DNA of 62,142 nucleotides, filler included, from Hausera hauseri (Eukaryota): NCBI GenBank assembly GCA_046269625.1. It is 12 parts of 12 records of this genome, joined end to end, with 100 filler letters (N's around TTAATTAATTAA, not from the genome) between each part and the next. Parts side by side here need not be neighbours in the genome. Positions count along the whole stretch, not along the records: positions 51,877 to 56,679 come from JBJURY010430030.1; positions 56,780 to 62,142 come from JBJURY010270397.1; 10 more parts are not named here. One strand, 5' to 3'. Shown piece by piece: positions 52,787 to 62,142 of this stretch (position 1 is its first letter; each line of letters starts with the position of its first letter). The notes under the pieces were generated by a model. It saw only the letters and a program-made list of their open reading frames with translations, ran no database searches and was not told where the DNA came from. The position numbers and the translations under genes were made by a program.

Positions 52787-55700
52787 GAACTGAACTGTTT
52801 TGTCTGAACTGACAGAGCACCGATTGTTTGGACGTATGGGACAGATGAACTCCTTTTGCCTGCATTTTCGGTCTACAGTCCGTCAGAAAACTGTAGCACT
52901 TTGGGCGTAGGAATATCCATTCCCCATACTAAACCCTTGAAGCAGCCGATTTTGTTGATCGCGCTGCTGTACAACGGATGAACCGGCGGGTAGTTGGACG
53001 TGTCCAGTAATCTATCTCACTGCATTTCCTGCAGTAGCTGTTCGCGATTGACGTTTTTTCAGCGGCAGGAAGAAACTGTCGGTCACTGACAATTAAACTA
53101 ATATCGCAGCCGTCAAACATTTGCCGGTAACGTGCCAAGTCGCTATACTGTAGCTCATACATCCGCAACTTGCTCAGGTCCAATACCACTTGTCCGATGT
53201 AACCTGGCCGGTCCAGAACGACTTCTTCCCGATTTAACAGCGCCACAACCAATCCATCGGCAATGTGCATTGATTGCCGAAACTGTGCCTTACTCCTGTA
53301 CGTAACCAGCCGCTTTTCCGAGCTACATAGGCGCGCATTGAGCCGCTTTTTCAGATTCGCCGCTGTTTTTCCGTACAGGGAGTTATTTTTCAGCTTGTAG
53401 TAGTCCTTTTCAAACTTTGTACAAGCTGCGGTTCGTTTCTCCGAATTTCCATCTATGTACGCCTTGAATATGGCAGCCTGAGCAAATCGGATTGCACGAT
53501 GCAGCTGTGCAACACGAACACCGAGTTGCATGTAGAACTGTAGTAGACGCCAATGGACCACGTAATTCAGCTTCGGTTCATGCGTCATGAGCAGTTTCTT
53601 CAGTTTTGAGCCTGGTGAACATTGGTTAAATGGTGCGACCGGCAAATCGTCCAAAACCTGGTACCACGAGATCGACCTCCATCAAGTATTCGACTGAGCC
53701 TGCCATGTCTGTTCATGGTAGGTTGACCACTATGTCGTCCAGATCTCGTGCCGAATACCCATTCGAATGAACCGTATGGCGAGGGTTGCGAAAGCGCCCA
53801 GCTGTACAGGTTATTAATATCAATATACAGCAGTGATGTTGTATCGGCGGTAGCACTGATCTGATGCTTGTTGACAAATGTCATGCCACCTCGAATACGA
53901 ACATCAAACAGCCAATACATTTCCGGATCTTGCAGCAGCTCAACATCTCGATACAGTGACATTAGACCTGACGCCCAACTCATTCCCTGTATGGAATAAA
54001 AGTTGCGTGGCTCCAGCCTATCTTCAGCCAACGCTTTCGCTCGAAACGCTTGGAACACATCGGCTAATAAGTACACATCCAGTTTCAGATACTTAAGCAT
54101 GTACTCCATGTTTCTGCAGCCGAATTCTGTCCAACACCTCTATGCTTTCCGGTATTCATCTTCTGCGATATCTGTCCATCACGACGGTAATTCCTCTGCT
54201 GTTCGGAGTCTCATATGTTGCAAAGCCATACGGGAATATGCCTTTGCTACGTGCAATGTGTGGGGAATGGCGTCAATGTTATCGGCACATCCGTCAAGGC
54301 ATTTACGAGCTTTCCTAGAAAATCATTGAGAAATTGCAATGAGTGGAGGAAGCGTACCTGGGACCGGTTTATGCATGATGACAGGGACAGGTATTTCTCC
54401 ATTGTTGTTGGGATTACTGACAGCTCGAAGTGCAGAAATCCATTAATGGCCAATTTCAGTATATGGTGACAATAATAACCTCGGAAATTATGAAAGATCA
54501 CCGGAAGGAATGGCCGCACACGCCTTGCCAAATTGCACGAATTGCATGCTGCTTTCAAATATCGACAGGTGAAATGATCATGGTCCGGTACAAGCCGTTC
54601 GTGTGCGTAGAACGGTAATATTTTTTCGCACAGGTAGCATTCGTCGGTCGCAGCGAACATTAGCGGTTTATATTCATCTGTCCAAATCAATGGTCAGGTG
54701 GAATTACTGCAATACCACGGCTCGATTTCTGTTTCAACTATCGTTTACAAACGCTGCAGGAAATCACGTACACAGTTCCAGCCGTGAAAGGCGTAATACT
54801 GCGGTTGACCAACCGTTTTTATTGGGACAACCAACATACCAACGGCGATTGGAACATGTTTTTGATCATACACGTTGTGCCGTGGTGCAATTGTCTCAAT
54901 ATCGGCATATACCATATATGCCGGACCGTCCGTTTTCGACCAGTCACTGAATAGGAGCTCATTTTTGAGTGGCATGACATATATGGTTGTTCCTGTTGAA
55001 TGATGCTTGCACAGCGCCACATATTTCTCCCATGTCGTTTTTGACCTGAAACCATGCAGACATACAGGACACCATTTACATTGTATACGCTTTTGGACAA
55101 ACTGATGGTGATCCATGTTGACCTGTCTGTCCAAATTGGTCACTGCCATGTAATGGAACTTTTTTTTGCTCCAGCAATAACAAATATATTGGTCGTCTAC
55201 TTGAGTTCCGACTTCGATAAACTATGTCCACACGGGGGTTCTTATATATCTCTTCGTTTGCCGGTATTTCTGTTATTGTATTTTACCGCAACACAATTAA
55301 TGCCAGTGTTGGATTACGCCGTTCAAAAGCCGGAATTGTTTTCGTTTCATCGGCATCTAGCATTCATCGAAGTCCAATTCGGAAAAGTACTGCCGATACT
55401 GATTTGAACGATTTGCACTATGTCTGCCCACTTGGTCATATTTTATTACCGCCAGAATATTGTAAAGAAAACAGTATTCGTCATTAGTATTTTTTACAAT
55501 CACTACTGTATGTGAATGCTGCAGGGCTGTAGGTGACGGTGTGAGTGATCGTCTGGACAGGTAAATTATGTCACTCGACTTTGTTACGATAAAACCGAGA
55601 GTGACTATTTTTATAATTCGCCAGCCACTACCTTTTCGGTGTAGTTGGCGATTTTCTCGTCGAGCTTCTCACCTACGCCGGCAATAAAATCTTCGGAATA

Positions 55701-56519
55701 CGGCATGCTCGATGTGGCAAGTATCATTGTTTCCTGTAACTCTGCAGATTTTCAAATTCTGCAAGTGCATAATATTTGCAGTGGTGTTGGAATTTTCTCA
55801 CTTCTGATTCCAACCGGTTGCGCACATTTTGCCTAACACTTCTTATTTGCGTTCTTGTCGACGACATATTCGCTTTTATATCCACGAACGATCTCTTAAG
55901 ATCGTACTTGACTGTAATGTTGGGAATACTGGACTCCTGTTCTTGTTGATGCTGCTACTGCTGCTGCTGCTAGGTACTGTTTCTGATTAAGTCGTCAAGA
56001 CTTGTTGAGGCCTGACGTTTCGTACTGGTTGTTGTTGTTGTTGTTGTTTTTGTTGTTGACAGGATGTTGCTGCTGCTGTTGTCCTAAAATATTTGTTTCT
56101 TCGACCGCTTAAACTGGTTTAAGTTGTCCTTGTGCAAATTATAGAACTGTTCATAGTTAATTTGATCAGCTATAGACCAACTACCGGGACAAACATAGGC
56201 CCGTTTACTGTTCAGCGTTGTGGTGATGCCATTCTACTGCTCCATTGCAGTATGGCAACCATCAACGTTATGCACTCTACTAGTACAGTATTGTGGGTAT
56301 GTGGAGCAATGCGCAAGCATCATCTTGGACCGCGTAAACGGTCCGAGATAATGCTTGTGCATCTCACAAAAATCAGCGTACGGGCATTGCTTTGAAGTAT
56401 TGCACGTGGAACCTAGATGTGTCCGTCGCAATAATGTAATACTTCGCCATCTGCTGATGGCACTGCTCCTGATCTATGTGTATGCGTGATACGCAATACA
56501 CGGGATAATGTTTGCAATT
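52787..56519 (-). pseudogene. polB: Polinton-type pPolB, copy 4, near full length with Cys/His-rich N-terminus
   Basis: NCKHYPVYC..., SGWRIIKI, YADIE, DHDHFTCRY..ACNSCNL, YIDINNLYS, KLKNNSLYGK. Same TTCAG acceptor as copy 3. Confidence 0.92.
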
Positions 56520-59500
56520 CTGAATGAGAAACAAATTAAAGCAAGCGTAAAATGCAATATATTAATACTTATTAATACTTTAAACTAAAATAAAACACTT
56601 CTTCTATGGTGGGGTGAGGTGGGGTGGGGTGGTGGTGATAATCTAAGGGTGACTATAAATATTTGCCACTTTCAGAACTNNNNNNNNNNNNNNNNNNNNN
56701 NNNNNNNNNNNNNNNNNNNNNNNTTAATTAATTAANNNNNNNNNNNNNNNNNNNNNNNNNNNNNNNNNNNNNNNNNNNNGCCACAACAGTAAGCCAAGCA
56801 GTCTAGCCACTACTCTAACTATGCACTCCAAAAAAAAGTGCAATCATTAGAGAGGAGCGGCGCGAGTAGAAGAACTTGGATATAATCAGTCTTGAGATTT
56901 TTACCTCCACAGGACGATGTTGATTTGCTATAGTCACAAAAAGAGTCAGGAATGGTTGAATTCTTCTCTTCTTATTCTTCGCGTTCGGACAGGTCCGCTG
57001 CGTGAAGTGCGTGTTCCAAGGTACTAGACAAATCACAGAGCTTCCCTTTTGGGTCCGGCCCATGCGTTGCACAGCAATTTAAATGCCCCTGAGACATTAA
57101 AGCGAGTACTGTCCTTCACCCATATAGTGCCCATGCCCCGTGCAACCGTCTCCGCTACAGTCTAGGTTTCTGTAACTGAATCATTGTCTCAACCTTTTCA
57201 TTCAGTAGGATAGGGGCAATCCCTACGAGCGACCAAAAGACACCTCCGCCTGCTGGAGGACAGTAAGAGTCGGCAGATTCCCGTCTGTTCCAAACGGGGA
57301 GCACCAAGAGACCATGAGTGGAATCCGTGAAGATAGGGTTACCTTGCCTGATACACACAAAAACCGTGAGCTCTTACTCCCCGGAATGGTTGAGTTAATT
57401 ATTTCAATATGAAAGTATTTTCTGAAGTTGGTGCAGGATTGCTAATTGTACTATCTGAAGAGTGGCATTTATTGCTTTCCGATAATTTCTGCGGTTACTT
57501 TTATTATGAACAAAATTGCTTAAATACGATTATTTTTACGACAAACAGCTCTTGGACTTTTCTCGTAAATCACGGTATACATTATAATATTCTTGTGAGC
57601 TCAATCCCGAGGTAAAAATCTTGGTACAAGAATACATTTTCCTAAGTGCTTCTTTTTTCTTTATTCTCGAGGATCTCAGCACCGTACACAAAGTCTTGTG
57701 CACTGTTTAGAATTTTGTAGATTCGGGTAGATTTGACTAGAATTGTTTCCCTAGCACCGACTGCTAAGCCTGCCTCCTGTATTTTCAAACTGCCAATGAG
57801 TTTAATGCACACGTTCATGTAAATGGACAACTGATTTTACAGAATTCAGGAGACATTTTTACTAGAAGGTTCATGGGATAAAGTTTGTAACACTTGTACT
57901 GGGATTTTAACCCTGCACTTTGCTACCAAAGGCGGACGCCTTATCGTGAGATCACGAATGTCCAACGAATTTGTATTTGAACCAAGAAGTTCAAAACATG
58001 AATCTATTCGCAGATAAAGATAAATATGTATTTAAATAATTTAGAATATAATCTATGACTAAAATATTTAATCAACATTTGTGAGAAGAATGAAGAGAAA
58101 TAGGAGAATTATTAACATTCTTTGAGTGTTGTATTATAAAAAGTTATAAAAACGCATTAAGTATTTACATGACACTAAATTAGTATTCTATCAAAGAATT
58201 GATGAAAGAAAAATAGTAGAACAGAAATGTGAAATTTGATGCTTGAGATGAGGCCCAAAGTTGTTGTGGCTTTTGGTTTCTTAAAGGCGTCCGACTACCA
58301 CAGCACTAGGGCTAATTTTCCACAATTGGCAAGGATCTCTATCTATCTACAAAAGATGGATTCAGGCAACGGAAATGAAACGAAACGTTCTGACTAACGA
58401 GTACAAGATAGACATTTTCTTCTGCAAAGTAGTAAATCACTTTTGCAGTTTAAACTTTAGGGTAGATTTTCTAGTTAATATGTGAAACGGAATACAGTCA
58501 TATACTATCTCCAGCAATCCCTTCAGAGGCTCGTGTAAGCTCCTCCATAAGAGATCATCGCTCGATGAGGGGCGTTACACTACAATCGTCATCATTATAG
58601 TACCATCATACTTGAGACGAAGATAATACCTTGAGTAAGCATTTTTTTAAAAATTTTAATGTGCTGAAAGCATGTGATAATTGTGGTAGGAATCTCATAT
58701 ACCTCAATCATTTGAAACAATTGATTAAATGTATGCTGTTCATTTCAGTTTATAAATTTTAAAATTTAGAGTCGCCTTGACTGTCGAAAGTCATGATTTA
58801 TATACGTTACGTGCTACATAAAATGCATCCACTGATAACTTGTAATAATAAATGAAGAGTAATAATAATCCTCGCGAATATATTTAGCACAAAGAAACCC
58901 AAAGTATTTTGACACGTCTATATTAGATATGAAAGCATCCTGAACACGTGTTCCTTTTTTTTCAATACAGATATAATTAACGCATTAAAATTTTGGATGT
59001 TTTTTCATAGTAAAACAGTTTTATATCACATATTCTTTAAAGCACATTAACTTTAATCTACTGAATCTAGGCTAAGGGCACATATATGCGGTTTCTTAAT
59101 GAAGGAGAGTTAACTTTACAGCAAGAGACGTGAGAACACATGCTTGTAGATTTCATCAAGAGATATTCATGAAGTTTACGTAAATAATAATTATAAGTTT
59201 TAAATAATAAACAAGGAGAGTTCAATCATAAGGTTCTATTAAGCTGAGTTTAAGGGACAACATAACCTCATGCGGTTATATATTCATAAGGTCACCATTC
59301 TCTTTAATTCTAGATGATCTCAGCACAGCATGCTGTCCGAGCTTCGTTGCATCAAGAGTATCTTGGAGGTTTTGGTACATTTTCCAAGAATTTTTCTCGG
59401 CCGTTAATCTTATTGTTTCTGTTTAAAACACCCAAGACATTTTTAATGTGCAGAACAATGGATTTTTGTGTTACTAACCAGCTTTCAGGCAAGTTTTCTG

Positions 59501-61546
59501 CTAGAACATGAATGAGAAAAAAGTCCTTGGTTTTTTTTACTGGAGGTTGGATGATGATAATGATGATGAAGATGAAATGGATCCACTTCACTGAGCGTTT
59601 AGCTCTTCTGGATTAGCCGTGAAAAGGCTGTTAAAGTCATAGGAATTACGGTGGAGAGGGTAGTTGAAGTAGGAGGTGAACCTCCTAGACGTGAATCATA
59701 ACTCAACTGTGTACCATCTCTAACTAAAATGATCATATTGACCGTCATCAGTCCTTTGATAGAGACAACCCTTTTAGTCGATAAAAACTCCGCGCCACTG
59801 CTTATAGTTGAACCCAATTTACTATTGGCAAGCGATTAAAGTAACGGCTCAGTAACACAGTTTTTAATACAATACGCACATGCACTCACACACACACACC
59901 CACACACAGTTTCTCAACTGAGAGAGTGTGTTGCGTTTTAGCAATGCTCACGGCTTTCTGAATAATCATATTACTTTGGAAAACGATTAACACTATACTT
60001 TACAAAACATAAACAAGTCCGATAAAGACAGTACACAATTACAAGTATTGCTGCATTCGAAATTTATTACTTTCCAAATGTTTACATTTCCAAAAATGTC
60101 CACAACCGTGAGTAAAATCTGAGGTCATTACTTTCTCCACCTGGAAAGAATTCCAGTTGCATCGTAAAGATTTTGTTCACTAACCAACGACGACTCCAAC
60201 ATTGGCACTGATACCTGTACAAAAACAATTAGAATATAATTACAATTAAACTTATGAATCACACTGGATATGGGGAGACATGGTTGACACCGTTTAGGTG
60301 TGTTGTTCGAGACAACCCTACTTTAATGGGGCCCGTTGTGGGCTCTTGGTGTTTTCCTTTAGGAACAGATAGGGCTCTGCCGACTCATCTTGAACTCGAG
60401 CAGGATCAGATGTCCGGTGGTCGATCCTACTGATTGTTCCTATACTACTGAATAATAAATTTCAGACGATCGTTTACTTAGAAAAGCCAAACTGTGCCAA
60501 AAACGTTTACAAGGGGCCTGAGCGCTATATTGGTGACGGGGAATTACTCGATCCCATGTCTGAAGTGGACAATAAAGTGCCGTGCAATTCTGGAGCTAGA
60601 GAAGCCGCGTGAGGTACCTAGTACATAAGGACATCCACATCACGGAATGGACCTGTGCCAACGTAGGTAAGATAAGAATAACTATGGAAGTAGCATTTCA
60701 CAAAAAGTATGGTCCTAACAGTACAGATCGTAGTTTGCTTTGGAATGGATATTACTCCGCTGATACACGATTACGTTAACGTACGTATCGTTTTTTTCAT
60801 CTCGCTGGAGTTATTGTGAATTTCAAAGTTATTCCAAACTTAACTAATATAAAGTCGAAATATATGCAGATGTTCTCCGTTTTCCTCCATTATGGAGCAT
60901 CTCAGTTCTGTGCAGGATCTGGGTTGGACAGTCCAGAGTGCAGTATGTGCAGTATGTTCGGAAGACTTTCGTTGTAATATCCCAGGGTACGGCCGTTGAG
61001 CCTAATCCGTTCCCAATAGCAAAGGATTTTTTAAGTGTACAAGCGGATCAAGGAGCAAAACAATTGCAGGATATTCCATCGAAATTTGGAACCTGTAATT
61101 CTAAAATTAGAAAATGGTTAACAGGGATCATGGTCGAGCACGTGCCAAAAATGACACTAGTCAGGAGCTTTTGGACAACTTATGATTAAACAGAAAATCA
61201 CTTCGTGTGTGTTATCGCTTCTATTTACAATGCTACCTTTCAAGCGACTAGTGATATGTATGTGCTTCTAGATAAAGCCAAACAGCTGATCTCCAATTAA
61301 TGACACTTTCAGTTCTTCCTTCTTTATGAAGCCACTTTTTGTGACATATTTTGTGATAACTGCATTTTGCAAAAAAAAAAAAAAAAAAAAGCAGATAAAC
61401 TCTTCAAATGTAAGCCACTTTATTGAGAATTAAAATTAAATTACTCTTAAAATGGAAGGTGAAATATTTGGATAATCAATAAGTATACTGAATGTTTGAT
61501 ATGGCTGTCAGAATGCATGCAATGTGTAAAGATTATGATTTCTTCG

Positions 61547-61966
61547 TTAATGTTTATACTTACCAGCGGCAAGTTGTAAAACAGCGCAGATCGAAATCAG
61601 TGCGCCTTCAATGATGGCGGACAAACTGCCGAGGAGTTTTCCAAACACTACGTTTTGTAGGAGTTGCTGAACGTTATTCAATACATTTCCGACGATAGCA
61701 CCTAAGATGTGAAGAGGATCAACTAACACTTTCTTGAGTGCGTCTAGAAGTGCATTAGCCAATGCGACGACTTGACCAAGAAGACTGCCGATTACCGCTC
61801 CGATCTGACCCACTAAATTGTCTAGAACAGACAGAATACCGCTTACAAGGCCTAGTACGGGCGCCAAAATGCTTTCAAGACCAAGAATTCTCTTTTCTAT
61901 CGCTGTCGCTTCCGCTGTGACGAAAACGACAACCAGGAACAAAGAGGCAACCAACAGAAAACGCAT
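61547..61966 (-). CDS. Secreted 139-aa prepro-protein with Leu/Val/Gly-rich 11-mer amphipathic repeats
   Basis: Intact ORF after a ttacag acceptor. Signal peptide MRFLLVASLFLVVVFVTAEA, KR site, and an AATAAA ~125 nt downstream. Confidence 0.8.
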   Translation of the reverse strand: MRFLLVASLFLVVVFVTAEATAIEKRILGLESILAPVLGLVSGILSVLDNLVGQIGAVIGSLLGQVVALANALLDALKKVLVDPLHILGAIVGNVLNNVQQLLQNVVFGKLLGSLSAIIEGALISICAVLQLAAGKYKH

Positions 61967-62066
61967 CTGTAACAGATAAAATATCGTAAATGTAATACAT
62001 TCAGATATATATGCATACAAAAACAACATATGCAAACATGCATGCATAAATACACACATAAACAAA

Positions 62067-62142
62067 TACATACATACATACATACATACATACATACATA
62101 CATACATACATACATACATACATACATACATACATACATACA
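62067..62142 (+). repeat. (TACA)n microsatellite
   Basis: Perfect tetranucleotide run to the window end. Confidence 0.98.

Noticed and set aside
56780-61200. Short ORFs possibly from decayed non-LTR elements or host exons
   Set aside because: No diagnostic motif could be identified by eye; a translated database search would be needed.
61371-61390. A20 run as a retrocopy poly(A) tail of the secreted-protein gene
   Set aside because: It is on the wrong strand (poly-T relative to that gene), and the gene has an upstream splice acceptor.
61967-62139. MYVC-repeat N-terminal extension and the 80-aa ORF
   Set aside because: These are translations of the (TACA)n microsatellite and intron.

Overview
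This is AT-rich animal (invertebrate-like) nuclear DNA made of 12 unplaced contigs of about 4-10 kb. They are joined by an artificial 100-bp spacer (N44-TTAATTAATTAA-N44), so adjacency across spacers is not biological. Nearly all content is decayed mobile DNA or pseudogenes. (1) Six Ty3/Gypsy fragments. Two divergent ones (30.6-34.7 kb and 34.8-38.8 kb) carry, right after integrase, a homologous type-I membrane protein (signal peptide, Cys-containing beta-sandwich/FN3-like domains, TM) in the env position, followed by further coding sequence. (2) Pieces of a Polinton/Maverick (adintovirus-like) lineage. These include four protein-primed polB copies, two of them extending to a spliced N-terminus with a tandem C-X6-C-X4-H-X4/5-C repeat, and a conserved convergent small gene. 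They also include three genes missing from the ORF track: an adenain-type protease, an IAP-type RING gene and a small tail-anchored membrane gene. (3) A 4-kb chain of co-oriented host-gene fragments containing an in-frame CUL3::HECTD1 chimera and an SLC6 3' end. (4) A TRAF pseudogene, a CAP-Gly/CYLD-like pseudogene, Chapaev-like and piggyBac remnants, and MITEs. (5) A host gene with 31-37 nt introns and an apparently intact secreted 11-mer-repeat amphipathic protein. All family calls are by eye from motifs; no database search was run.
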